From NCBI GenBank assembly GCA_043228905.1, contig JBHGNT010000011.1, forward strand, positions 21,328,001-21,392,000: DNA of 64,000 nucleotides, read 5' to 3'. Position 1 is the stretch's first letter. Each line of letters starts with the position of its first letter. The DNA comes from Azolla caroliniana. Lineage: Eukaryota > Plantae > Polypodiophyta. Of the stretch, positions 1-12,977 are shown piece after piece. The translations under genes were made by a program, and so were the position numbers. Under the pieces are notes generated by a model that ran no database searches, had not been told where the DNA came from, and saw only the letters and a list, made by a program, of their open reading frames with translations.

Positions 1-458
1 GGGGGAGGGGTAATGCCAATTAATAGGATTTTAATCAACACTCTGTCTTCATCTGGATTAGGATTTTCAGGCGAGAATGAGGGAAGAAGCACAAATGGCG
101 AGAAGAATCTAGAGAGCCCACAGCCATCAATCATATCATATCATGTCATCAACAGCTAGCCAGCCACCCTTCCCTCCGAACCAAAGCACAGAGAGGCAGA
201 AAAGCTTGTAAATCCTTCAGTCATTATCATAGATATGCATATACGTAACACATACATACGAAAGAGATAGAGACAGAGACAGAGAGAGGCGTGTATACGC
301 ATACATACATACGAACGTACGTATGTACGTACATATGACATAGTCATTCATAGCACTTATGTAATGCTCTGTTTCTCATCAGTCTGTCTATCTCTGCTGC
401 TGCTGCTGCTGCTTCCTCGATGCATCTCTCCAGATTGATTGGGTTCCAGAGCCTTTCC

Positions 459-2784
459 ATGGACTGCGATTGCCCATGGACACCTGATGACCTTCATTTG
501 AGATACCAATACATCTCCGATTTCTTCATTGCGTTAGCTTACTTCTCCATCCCGTTGGAGCTCATCTATTTCGTCAAGAAATCTGCTGTTTTCCCGTACA
601 GATGGGTTCTGGTTCAATTTGGGGCGTTCATAGTGTTATGCGGAGCAACCCATCTGATAAACCTATGGACATTCGCAGGCCACTCACACATAGTCTCCGT
701 GGTGATGACCATCGCTAAGATTCTAACAGCCGTGGTCTCCTGTGCCACTGCCCTAATGCTGGTCCACATCATTCCCGACCTTCTAAGCGTGAAGACAAGG
801 GAGCTGTTCTTGAAGAACAAAGCGGCGGAGCTGGACAGGGAGATGGGCATGATAAGGACACAAGAAGAGACAGGTCGGCATGTGAGGATGTTGACGCAAG
901 AAATAAGGAGCACATTAGACAGGCATACAATACTGAACACGACATTGGTGGAGCTGGGGAAGACATTAGCGTTGGAGGAATGCACGCTGTGGATGCCAAC
1001 AAGGAATGGGTTAGAGCTACAGCTCTCCCACACATTGATGAGGCAGCATAACCCTGTGCCACTCACAGTACCCCTGCATCACCCAACAATCAAGCAAGTC
1101 TTCAGCAGCCACCGAGCGATTAGCATATCCCCCGACAGCCCTGTCGCGATGACCCGGCCGCGGGCCGGGAAATACATGGTCGGAGACGCGGTCGGTATGC
1201 GTGTCCCGCTCTTGCACCTCAACAATTTCCACATCCGCGATTGGCCCGACCCCTCCAAACGCCCCTTTGCCCTCATGGTCCTCATGGTCCCTTCCGATAG
1301 CGCCCGCCGATGGCATGTCCACGAGCTAGAGCTCGTCGAAGTTGTGGCTGAACAAGTAAAAAACTTCAAAACCTTCTCTCTCTCTCTCTCTCTCGAATGA
1401 ACCTTAATCAATCCTGTAGAGATCACCAATGAACCCTAATCAATCCTGTGTTGTGTTGTGTTGTGTGTTTATCCTTTTTTCCTCATTCCTCATCTTTGTG
1501 TACGCTTTTCTGATTTTAAAACTTGTCATCCCTCGTGTTGTGTGTTGCCATCCTCGTGTATATATGTTTTTTTCCCCTTGTTTTGATCTTTGTGCTTATC
1601 TCGCATATGCATGCGTCTCTCGTCGCAACCCTTGTGTCTCTGGTTTTTCAAGTCCTTTAGTTGGGGTTTCATCGGAGGAGTTGTTGCTAATTACGCCGCC
1701 GCATTCTTACATGTGGCAGCCAAAACACCAAAATATGTAGAGTCCTCGAAAAGTTGTGAAATTTTATAGTAAAATCTTGAAAGCAAAGGGGCTACTTTGG
1801 TGGTTTGCACTACTATTTGGGTGTTTTTTAGATCTTTGTATGGAGTCCGGCCCTCAGAGGCTCATTATAACTTCGAACATCATTGGGAAACATAAGGCAA
1901 AGTGAACTCTTTCCCACGTATGTGGAAAGAAATGTCAGAAAGCTTCTTCAGATATTATTATTGTTGTCAAAATCTACTGAAGGGTTTTTTTCTTTCTTTC
2001 TAAAGATCTCATGAATATTCAGTTGACGCCTGCTGTATGTTGTAGGTTGCAGTTGCCCTTTCACACGCCGCAATATTAGAAGAGTCGATAAAAGCTCGGG
2101 ACCTTTTAATGGAACAAAATGTTGCTCTCGACATGGCGAGAAGAGAAGCAGAAACTGCAGTTCGAGCTCGTAATAATTTCTTAGCCGTCATGAACCATGA
2201 GATGCGAACCCCTACACATGCCATCACTGCATTTTCTTCCCTTTTACTGGAAACCAACCTCACCCATGATCAGAGGACCATGGTAGACACTATCAATAAG
2301 AGTAGCAATCTCTTAGGAACATTAATCAATGATGTTCTTGATTTGTCTCGTCTCGATGATGGTAGTCTTCAGCTTGATGTTCGTACATTCAATCTTCCTT
2401 TGTTATTCCGAGAGGTAAAGTGTATGAAAAAGCATCATTATGTATGTCAGGCATTATGAAGTCGTGTAAAATCCTCAAAACTCTTTTATTGATAGGTACT
2501 AAATCTTGTAAAACCAATCGCATCTATGAAGAAACTTGGCCTAGCTTTGCATTTAGATTCTGAAGTGCCAGACTATGCGAAAGGTGATGACAAGAGGTTG
2601 CTACAGATAACATTGAATTTGATTGGGAATGCGATTAAATTCACAAAGGATGGGAATGTGGCTCTCATTGTTTGTCTGGAGAGGAAAGAGTTTTTGAAAG
2701 ATTTGCGGGCTCCAGAATTTCGTCTCGTGCCTGGGGATGGCCATTATTATATCCGAGTACAGGTGACCCTCCATTTATAGATTT

Positions 2785-2851
<67 letters not shown>

Positions 2852-4273
2852 TATGTATTATATATATTAATGGAGCTAATGAGAGTATATCTAGTGTAAT
2901 TGACTCCAATAATGTACGATTTTATGTAACAATGCGACAAATGTGCATCCTATTGCCTTTCAAGCAGCTCAAAAATATTTATGTGGTTATATTGGACGAT
3001 GAAGGTTCGGGACACTGGAGTAGGTGTGAACCCAGTTGATATACCAAAGCTGTTCAACAAGGTTTCACAGGGAGATTCATTGAGTCGAAACTATGCAACG
3101 ACAGGGCTTGGCTTGGCAATTTGCAAAAGGTTTGCATCAACATTTTATCATCAAAGAAATAGAATTTCCCTGTATCCATGTACATGTCCATGTTGAATGT
3201 CCATTAGCTTTGCTATATACATGTTTCTGTTGTATGTCCATTAACACTTGTCCATGTTCACAATGTCCCATGTGCTCATATCCACATGTCATCTTGAATG
3301 TTCTTGTTTGTGTCCATGTCTAATATTTTCGTCCATGCACCATGTCCACATGCATGTATTGAATGTCCATTCCATTTTTGTGACCATGATCATGTTGCGA
3401 TTTGATTGCTTGATGAATGCTCCAGGTTCGTGAATTTGATGGATGGGCACATCTGGATTGAAAGCCAGGGAATTGGGAAAGGGTCCAACGTTACATTCAT
3501 TGTTAAGCTTCATGTCCCTGAAAAATTGCCTGATGTGGCACATAATGGACCTCTACTCCTTCCAGCTGCACCAACTCGGACGGATTTTACAAACCTCAAG
3601 GCCTTGGTCGTTGACGACAATATGTAAGTTTTAGTTATTATGCATTTTTAGTACTCTGTATTGTTGTTTGTGAACACATAACAATAATACTAACGTTTTT
3701 GGTATTAACGTGAATACTCCTATGTTCACAAAAGCAATAAGAATATCCCTTCTTGAAACGTTTACAACTCAAAGGGGATATACAAAGTAATATTTGTGAA
3801 GCTAGGGGTATTCTCGTAAATATCCAAGTGTGGGGTACTTCAGTGTTTTTCCCTCTTTGGGATTTTGAGCTTCTAAGTCTAAACATCCATTCCCCTTGAC
3901 ATATTGTAGGGTAAATAGGAGGGTCACCAAGGGTCTATTGGCGCGGCTTGGTTGTGATGTAACGACGGTTGGATCTGGAAGAGATGCGTTGTTGATGCTA
4001 TCGCAACCATCAACTCAACCTTTTAGGTTGCTTTTCGTGGATATATTAATGCCGGAAGTGGATGGGTTTGAGGTAGCCATTCGAGTGAAAGAACGATTTC
4101 CCATTCGGTCAGAGCGGCCATTGATTATTGCAGTTACAGCTAACACGGATCTTGCCGTGAGGGAACGATGTTTTAGTATTGGCATGGATGGTGTATTGCT
4201 AAAGCCCTTCTCTCTTGAAAAGATTAAAAGCATGCTTAATGAGATTTTAGATAGGGGATTAGTATCATGGTAA
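459..4273 (+). CDS. ETR1: Ethylene receptor, subfamily I (ETR1-like): 3 TM + GAF + His kinase + receiver, ~739 aa
   Basis: Exons 459-1355, 2046-2414, 2496-2762, 3005-3129, 3426-3623, 3910-4273, all GT-AG and in frame (2220 nt). Motifs: N-terminal [28 protein letters not shown], Cu-binding CGATH, H-box MNHEMRTP, N-box GNAIKFT, DTGVG and GLGLAICK, receiver FVDILMP and LLKP. Confidence 0.96.
2790..2855. repeat. (TA)n + (TATG)n microsatellite
   Basis: Read directly, in ETR intron 3. Confidence 0.95.
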
Positions 4274-6115
4274 CACTTGGGCTTGTGTTGGTTGATGTGT
4301 ACATAGTTTTCTCAAAGGTGGGGACCCTACTATAAAACCAGAAACCCTTGATGCCATTATCGTTCTGTTGAGATAATGGCACTGAAATTACAAACCCAAA
4401 TCCTTCAAGCCATTGTTCTACTGTACGAGGTAATTGCACTGGAAAAATGGCAATCATCTATCTGATTGCCATTTGCGAGTTGGATTGAAATTCTAGTCAA
4501 ATTTTATATTGCATTAACTTGAGAGAATGTCTAAACAAATATCCGCATGATTTCACTTTCTAGTGATCGGTTTCTGGAGCATCCAAGAGTGTATATTCAG
4601 AAAACAATACTTGAGGAAGATTATGCACTTCCCATTGTACCATAGAGTGTTTGTTTCCTTTGTCAGGATCAATAAATACATAAAGAAATAATCATTATTC
4701 ATTTCAAGTCCCATAAAGGTCTAGAAGCGTTTTATGGTTACTGCAGCAATTATTTTTGGCATATCACAATTGGTTCTGTTTCAGATATTTTCCTATAATC
4801 TTGAAGGGCATTCCTCACTATAAATAGTCTCTTATTGTGTTCTCTTAATGGCCCTTAATTTAATGTGAGACATGAATGACGGTTTTCTAGGGTGTTCTTG
4901 TCTGGCTTAAATAAATCTATAGATGAAAAAATCATGTAAAAATGCCCTATTTTTATAACTGGTGTTTGAACTCTCTGCTCTTAGTAGTGTGAACAACATA
5001 CTTAGTTTCAATCTAGAAGGGTTTGATTTCAAGTTGGAACGATGCTTGTAATGTTTTCGTCACAATCATTGAGTTGCACAATCTTCCTCTAATTCCATCC
5101 TAGAATTGTCTTTTATTTTTGGTTGGGGGGACGGGGGAACTTGAATGTCCTTGCCAAGTTGCCCCCTATGTATTTATGAGATAACCTCAATGTAGTACAT
5201 GATAGGTTTTGTAACCTTTGGTGGTATCATGTGCAAAGAACTATAATATATAGTTTTATGAAACAATATAGATCAAGTAACAGAGGGAAAAAGCACGCAA
5301 TATTTGATGCATTTGATGCCAAGATGAAACTTCAATACCTAGATTGTATGGTTGGTCACCGGAGTGCAAAGAAGAGTAGGGACTCAACAAGAGTTAAGTT
5401 TCATGTTGGTTATAACTTATAAGGTTTGGTTGAATACAATTAGTAGACATTCTCATAGTATATTAAATCCAATATTCAGGTTGACTTTTACAATGTTAAT
5501 ATTTCATTTTGGACTTTTTAGCATCTTGTCATTTATCCTTAACACTTTCCATAAGTCTTTCCTCAATAGCCACATGTTGCATACACGACATTATCAAAAC
5601 AGATTGTATTAAGCAAACCAAGGAATAATTGTACAATGATGAACAAGGAATCTTCTTTATATATCTTGTGCAAATCACCACTAGATATAAGATTAAAGAG
5701 AGGGTTTTTGGTTTATATAGAACATTCTATATGTCCTTCACATAAAAGTTTGAACGTATCTATCATGAGAGGACGTGAGTGGGATATTTAAAGTATTCAC
5801 TTCATTCAATAAAAAGCCACATGTGCGCCAAAGAGCATGCGTTTCGCACTTTAAGTTGTGTGGTTGAGCATGATATCTCAACGCACCCCAAAGCTCAATT
5901 GGTGTTGTATGGTCATTTGTATTATGAGGTTGAAATTCTTTTTCACATCCATACACTCCCAAGTCCTTTTCAAGCTCGGCTAATCAACGGGATTTACAAA
6001 GGTGTCATTGAAAATTGTACGATCTTGTTTGCATTGAGTGTTGTTATCTTGTGATGATATCCATGGCTTTTGTTAATTGGGGAACAATTGCAAGGGAATA
6101 GATTAATTAAGGCAT

Positions 6116-6195
6116 ATGTGCATGTGTGTGTGCATGCATGTGCGTGCGTGTGCGTGTGCGTGTGCGTGTGTGTGTGCGTGTGTGTGTGTGTGTGC

Positions 6196-6232
<37 letters not shown>

Positions 6233-6252
6233 ACACACACACACAGAGAGAG
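6116..6252. repeat. Compound microsatellite (TGTGCG/TG)n(AG)n(AC)n
   Basis: Read directly. Confidence 0.95.
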
Positions 6253-8595
6253 AATACAATAGATTAGTAAAAGTGATCGTATCAAGTAAAATGCTAGATA
6301 ATTATATGATGATAAACAACTAAATCAATCATAGAGATAAAGTATAAATCACCATTACATACAAAGAGAGGGGCTTATTTTATGTAGAACAGTTTATGTG
6401 TACTTGACATAAAAGTTAGAGCCAACTTTTTCAAATAAAAGTCTATATGAGGTATCTAAGTATTTACTTCATTCTGGACAAGGTATCTCAATCCCATTTA
6501 TTAGAAGGGCGGACTTAACACACACGCATACACGCATGTGTGTGGCCCAAGGAGTTTGTATTCACAAATAATGTGTGTGCTTGAGATTGACATCTCAATA
6601 TTACGATAATTACATGATAAGTTATTTGTGTTTATTGATATATCTTGATCTTTGAGATTGCTTGACTTGTTATTATGGTAGGTTTCTGAAAGTAAAAGGT
6701 GCTCACATAGAACATTTAACTTATGCTTCAAATGCTTACAATGGGTAACGTGTTTCGTATTAAAGATACATTTGTGTGATATTACTCAATGTGCATGAAC
6801 TTCGAGGATATTTGCCTCATTTTGAAGCAATGAATTAGGAATACATGATATAAATAGTTTTATTGAGATCGTCACAATGCATTATGAGGATCAAAGAAAG
6901 AAGCTAAGTTGACACTCATACCTTCGAGAATTACGTCTTCAAGTTGGATTCATGTCGTGAAAGATAACAATTGCTTTGAGAATAGGAATATTTAGATGAT
7001 TCTCTCAAACATTTTTAGGCCAAAAGCTATAGTTTTTGGGGTGGTCCCTCATATAAAAAAAGGGATATGCACAGGGATGTAGACGTTTTTCCAAAAGCAT
7101 AGGAGTGAACAATTGTGTTTCCCTTTGGAAGTGACACAACCAAGAAAAAAAGTCAAACCGTGTAAAAAACAATAGATAAATGCGTACACACACTAATGTA
7201 AGTTAAGATGTTTTAATCAACTATATATAAGACAGAATGGTTTGTTCATACCATATGTACATATCTCGGTTCTATCCTAATTGAAACACACAAAGACAAC
7301 GGGGACTAATATTTTTATACCTTATGCCTTTTTCCACATCATGGCATATTGAATCCTAGCAATCATTAAACAAACAAACAATCAGATATTGCAATTATTT
7401 GGAAAACAAAACAATAGTTTGAAGACATGGAAATATAGAAAAGAAAATCCCATTAAAGGGATGCATATATTAAATAATTTAGTATACTACAATGTTGATC
7501 GAATAAACTTAGCATACATGAAATAGCACTAGTAGGACATCATGTCCTAAAATCACAATGTGGAAGCATTAATTTTGTATATAGTAGTTTGGAGTTCACA
7601 TATTGTACAAGTGCAATCCTATATCGTAGAAACCAACATTATCAAGGCTCATGGACACAATGGAAGGCCAAGTAGATACTGGGGCCAAATCCTAGTAAAT
7701 CTATCTTTCTTCGAGATGAAACATCTATCCCCATACTTGGCAAGGCACTTAGTTTGCCAAGAACGAGATAACCAACTTGCATTGCGGTTTCTTTGGGGGT
7801 GGGGGGACATTAGGAGAGAGAACCTTATTATTATTAGTGAAAAACTTCAATGGGCTATTTGGCTCTACTAAAATGCCATTAGGCCAAAATCTTTAGGAGT
7901 GAAGATTATGATATGCATGCATTACAAACTAGCTATGCTTATATGCTTATATTTACTAGCATGTGGTTAGAAAATCACAATGGAATGGAACGGTTGTAAG
8001 ACCAATATTCAAGTAGCAATTGTTGCTTGTAATATGGAATTACGCATGGTTAGACGTATCCACTTGCCATGGTACATACATATGGCTTAAGAACTCATTC
8101 CTTACTCATAACTAATCTTTTGTGTGTGTGTGTGTGTGCACGAGTGTCGTATACATACATACGTGTGTACAATATACAATACATATAGATAAGTCTCTTC
8201 CTCTCTATATGTATGTGTGTGCCTAATGTATATAAATAGAGAGAGGGGACTCGGGAGTATATATATATCATACATGTACGTATATATGTATCGTGTATGT
8301 ATGTAAGTATGTATGCATGCATGTACATATGTAATAATGTATGTATGTCAGACGAAAACGAAGAAGGGTGTGTATAGAGAAGATATTCTTGGAAACATAT
8401 TATTATGTACATACATATTGTTAGAAGAAGGAAAAATAAAATAAAAGGAACGGTGCTTTGGCTGCCAACCAGTTTCTAAGCGCTTCTCCACCTCCTCCTC
8501 AGTATATATACAACTCCAATCTCTTCTTCTTCTTCTTCTTCTTCCTGTTCCCTCGATCCGTTTCTTCTGATTGCGCTGTGGCTGTGGCTGTGGCT

Positions 8596-9531
8596 ATGGC
8601 TATTCATGATTGTAATCCAACGAGCTTCCCTTCCTCCTTCTTGAAGGATCCTCCCTTTTCCTCACAACCACCTGTGCAGAAACTTAAGGTATTTTCTCTT
8701 TCCTAATCCTAACCCTAACCCTACGTCTCGTGGTATCCTTCTCTTCCCTGAAATAACATATATTCTTTATTCCTCTGCATATTTTATCCTCCATAGATCG
8801 ATCTCCTATTGCCTTCTGCGGGTTTATGTTAATTGTTGCGTTTTTCGTTCTCTGGCCTTCTTTTTATCGTTTTTAGGCGTTTTCCTACTCGTTGTTCAGA
8901 TAATTTTACCTTCATATTTTCTTCTTCTTGTCTTTTTTCTGATTGTCGCAATCCGATGTTCTTTTAACGACCGTATGATACTCTTTGTGTATTTCTTATC
9001 TCTGATATTGTTTCTGTAAATATGATGATTCAGTTTTTTTGCGCTGCTGCTCAGAATCGAAGTTTTGTATGTTCACCTGTATCGTCTTTTTTGTAACATT
9101 TTTCTTCTCAGATTCAGATGCTTCTTATGCTCCCCACGATCAAAATAAGATGTTTTTCATGTTCTAGATGTAAACTTTGTCATTCCTTATCAATGTTGTA
9201 ACTTTGATTATGCTATTTACATTATTCGATATTCTGTTTACCTTGTCAAAATATTATGTTATTTACAAATTTTCCTTGTAATGTCTTCTCCTTTGCATTC
9301 CCCTTGTGTAAATGAGATCCTAATCGTTGTTACTTTTTTCGCTTTCTTTAGAGAGGTACATGCTGTTAAAAATTTTGCGTTATTGTTGCTTTATAGAATC
9401 GGATGTTGTTTATGATACAATTATGATGCGTGTGAATTTGGTCTTCAAAATTAGAGGTCAATTATAACCGTTATACTAATGTTTCTGTCTTTACTTGTCA
9501 GAATGCCACGGTCTGGATGTTAACATTATGA
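8596..9531 (+). other. Putative spliced uORF (40 aa) in the FAF gene leader
   Basis: ATG 8596, donor AAG|GTATTT at 8688/8689, acceptor TTGTCAG| at 9501, TGA at 9529-9531. Peptide MAIHDCNPTSFPSSFLKDPPFSSQPPVQKLKNATVWMLTL. Confidence 0.4.
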
Positions 9532-9590
9532 TATCTAAGGCAATATATTGTAAAACAATATAGCCTGTCCTTTATTCCTGTTATTGCACC

Positions 9591-11744
9591 ATGTTAAAAG
9601 CACAGATGGCTTCCCAGCTTGACAAAAGAGTGACAAATTCGCCTGATGACGTCCATTCCTCTCGCCATAATGAAAGGGAATTAACATGTCAATTTCATGC
9701 TGATCAAAGAATCCATGAATCACACAGCGGTACACTCTCCAAATTGAGGATTGCTGTCGATTATCTTTGTAAGCCTTTTAAGGTGGCTTTTAGACGGAAA
9801 CGCAATTATTCCGTATCATTTCCGAGTCATTTTGAAGCAATGCATGAAGTAACAGGCGTGAGCGAAGCAAAGTTGTGTGATAAAGATGAAGAATCAGCGC
9901 ACGATTGCCTTCTATCTGATGAAGCTTGTATTAATACATTGCCTTTGAATTCTCCTGCATCATTATATCACAGCTGTGTATCTTCATCAGTATGTGAAAA
10001 TAATGCAAGCCAATTGTACACCGGAATTCGAAGTTCTAATCTGAGGTATTGTGAGCAAATTTCTGAAATTGAATACCACGACATTAATCATTGTCAGGAT
10101 GATAATCACAGTATAAGCCTCTCTCAGTTAGATTTACAGCATGAGGAGGCTGAAAGTTGCTCTAAATTGGATGCTTCTTTTGAATGTACTTCAAAAGAGA
10201 GAGAATATAACGAAGGGAGTAATAGAATGCATCCAAAACAGGATATGGAAGCTGAGACTGATTTCAAATCGATCAAAGAATCTATTCCACGTTGGTATGA
10301 CTTTTGGCCTAGTGATTCTACAGAACAAGCTGGATGCTCAATGATGTTGCAAAACAAATCGGATGTTCATTTAAGTTTTTCATCATCTGAAATTGATCAA
10401 ACCACTGAAGACGAAGAGAGTTACTTAATTTTTGACGAAGGTCCAGTGACTGATGACAATGGGGAGGAAGAATGTGATGATGGATTATTAAGAAAGAACC
10501 ATAATGATATAAGCTCTAATGTAGTCTCGAATGTTGGAAATTGTCAAAAGAATAATGAGGAATTTGAATGTACTTCACATGAAGATGGATCAATGCAAAC
10601 ATGCAATATTAATAAAGAAGATGATATTTGGTCAGATGAGGCGTTGATATCATCTCAGGTGAAAGGGTTTCCTCCACCTATTAGTATTCTTGCTAATGAA
10701 ACTCATCCTGGTCTTCCTGGCCATGTACCTAGAACGTTTTGGCGATCAGTGAAGAGAGGTGGAAGATTTGTTCTTCAAGAAGTACAAGCATGTCCGCGAG
10801 AATTCTTTCAAGCAACAAGAGAGCATGGAAGATTAAGGTTGCAGTTGGTACGCCCAGACTTGGACCCTCTTGGTAACCATATTGACGATTCTGATCATCA
10901 ATCTGAGGAAGCTAACCCTCAGATTATCCCAGATACAAAGAAATTGAGTTGTAGGGAAGATTCAAGTCTTTTCGAGAATGATCTGAATCAGGTTTCTGAT
11001 AAGGAAATTTCATCAGATCATTGTTTAGTTGGAGTATCAAGCATTAAAAAGCACGGAAACCAAAGAGAAGAGAGCAAAGTTTCGAGTTCTTTTGGTAACT
11101 TTCAGGATCAGGTTATCGAAAAGGAAGATTCACCAGGCCATCTTCAGTACATCGATGAAAAAAAGGGTTCTTCAATGGATCAAAGTGACAGGGGTTCATC
11201 ATGGAATTCAAGCGACCTCAAGAAATGGACAATCGATAAGGATGAACTTCCAGACCAAAACTTTTGTTCAAGCAAAGAAGTGTTAGAAACATCAAATGCA
11301 AATGAGAATTGTAAGAGCAATAAGAGCTACTGTAGGAGAATTCTAACTATGACATCTATTGTGGATGACGAGCAAGACTCAAAACTTTATAATGTGGCTG
11401 GTGTGAACATGGAGATGGGATTTTGTACCTTGGCTCCTGTGGTGGAGAAGGGCTGTGTAAACCATGAGATATGTGAAAGTTTCCCTAGTGAGATTGTGCA
11501 AGACATAAATGAAAGGAAGGAAGTGTTGTTGCATTCGGAAGAGAGTGTACAGTCTGAAGGATATGGTATCAGCCTTCACAAGATAGTGGCACCTAATAAT
11601 ATAGGCAACCCAAATAATGATAATGATCAATTCAAACCGGATTGTTGCTTCGGTTCTACCTATGGTTTTGAAAACAGTGTGAATCTTGTATTGTCACCGA
11701 GCCAGAAATTCTTCCAATTCCCTATACAACCAGTAGTCCGTTGA
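9591..11744 (+). CDS. FANTASTIC FOUR (FAF)-domain protein, 717 aa, mostly acidic/low complexity
   Basis: Single long ORF. About 10668-10850 encodes FPPPISIL...RTFWRSVKRGGRFVLQEV...FFQATREHGRLRLQLV, matching the FAF domain consensus. Probable 5'UTR intron 8689-9501. Confidence 0.85.
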   Translation: MLKAQMASQLDKRVTNSPDDVHSSRHNERELTCQFHADQRIHESHSGTLSKLRIAVDYLCKPFKVAFRRKRNYSVSFPSHFEAMHEVTGVSEAKLCDKDEESAHDCLLSDEACINTLPLNSPASLYHSCVSSSVCENNASQLYTGIRSSNLRYCEQISEIEYHDINHCQDDNHSISLSQLDLQHEEAESCSKLDASFECTSKEREYNEGSNRMHPKQDMEAETDFKSIKESIPRWYDFWPSDSTEQAGCSMMLQNKSDVHLSFSSSEIDQTTEDEESYLIFDEGPVTDDNGEEECDDGLLRKNHNDISSNVVSNVGNCQKNNEEFECTSHEDGSMQTCNINKEDDIWSDEALISSQVKGFPPPISILANETHPGLPGHVPRTFWRSVKRGGRFVLQEVQACPREFFQATREHGRLRLQLVRPDLDPLGNHIDDSDHQSEEANPQIIPDTKKLSCREDSSLFENDLNQVSDKEISSDHCLVGVSSIKKHGNQREESKVSSSFGNFQDQVIEKEDSPGHLQYIDEKKGSSMDQSDRGSSWNSSDLKKWTIDKDELPDQNFCSSKEVLETSNANENCKSNKSYCRRILTMTSIVDDEQDSKLYNVAGVNMEMGFCTLAPVVEKGCVNHEICESFPSEIVQDINERKEVLLHSEESVQSEGYGISLHKIVAPNNIGNPNNDNDQFKPDCCFGSTYGFENSVNLVLSPSQKFFQFPIQPVVR

Positions 11745-12977
11745 TTTGTGAATGCTTTGTTTAGATATTCAACTAGATTCTCATCTCGGCATGACAATAC
11801 TTTTTTTATTGTTTTGAGATAATTTTGTGTATAGAAGGCAATGAGTCTAGTGGTGTAAAGACTAACTAAAAATTCTTTCCGGGGAGGTTATCCGTCTTCA
11901 AACTTCTCTTGGGTGGTAATTTTGTGTGATGGCAGAACTTCATGTAGAAGGTTATATAGCTTGATATTGTTTGCCTTTTTCTAAAGTTCCTTTTCATTTT
12001 GCAAAAGAAAAAAGGTAAAAAAAAATTTATACATTATCGGATTATGAGATTATGAGAGTTGTAAGTATGTGTCTTTTGTCTTTATCACAATTCACATGTC
12101 TAATCATATGCTTTACTTCTTACTTGGGGGTTCATCTTCAGGAAGGTTTGGGTAATGCAAAAGATACTCATCAATGTGTAGCCAATGCAAGAACTCATAT
12201 AGTATGCCATCGGAGTGAACGCTTAACCAAGATCGTGGACACTTAGAAGCTTCACATATGGGGGAGGGTATTGTTGTTGCAATGGAGATGGTGAAGGATT
12301 CGTCACCTAAGGGTGTAAGCCATATTGATGTTTAGAAATTGTTTGATGAGGGAGAGGACACGTGTCTTGAAGTAGAGAAATTTACCGAGTAAGTGATTAA
12401 GAACTTATTGGAATATTAGATTATCGCAACATAGGTGTGGTTTTGTGGCATACTCAATATTAGGTCAATGTGAGGTCACATAATAGGTTGGTAATGAGTC
12501 CTTGATGACAAAACGAACTACACTCTTAATGGAATTTTCTACAAGAGCTCTACTTGACTTTACCAATGTAAACATTGATGATCTCGATCAATGCTCTCAA
12601 GTATTTGGATTAAGTGATTATAAAGTTGTCACTTAATTAAATAATCATTTTGAAAGACATTAATAAGAGTTCATTGTAGTTCTTAGTGTGATTGTTTGTT
12701 AGTTGCATAATAACTCACATTAAATAGACCTAAGGTAATAGATGAGACCCAAGACAAACAATAATGAAGACATATGTTTAGTTCCTTAAGATGAAATTGT
12801 CTCTTAGTTAATAATCGTTGTGAAAGAGGTTAATATAGTTCATCTTAGGAATTATTGTGCTAATTGTTTGGTAGTTTCTTAATAACTCATATTAATTTGA
12901 CTTAAGAGAATATGTAAGTGTTTATCACCAAACCGTAAATAAATATATCATTTAAGCTAGACTATGCTATATAATCA

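Noticed and set aside
420-458. In-frame upstream ATG extending ETR by 13 aa
   Set aside because: Homology begins at MDCDC (459), and ctctccag at 433 looks like a 5'UTR intron acceptor, placing ATG 420 inside an intron.
8702-8724. cctaatcctaaccctaaccctac, a TTAGGG-type telomere-like run
   Set aside because: Only about three imperfect units at an intron start; too short to call an interstitial telomere.
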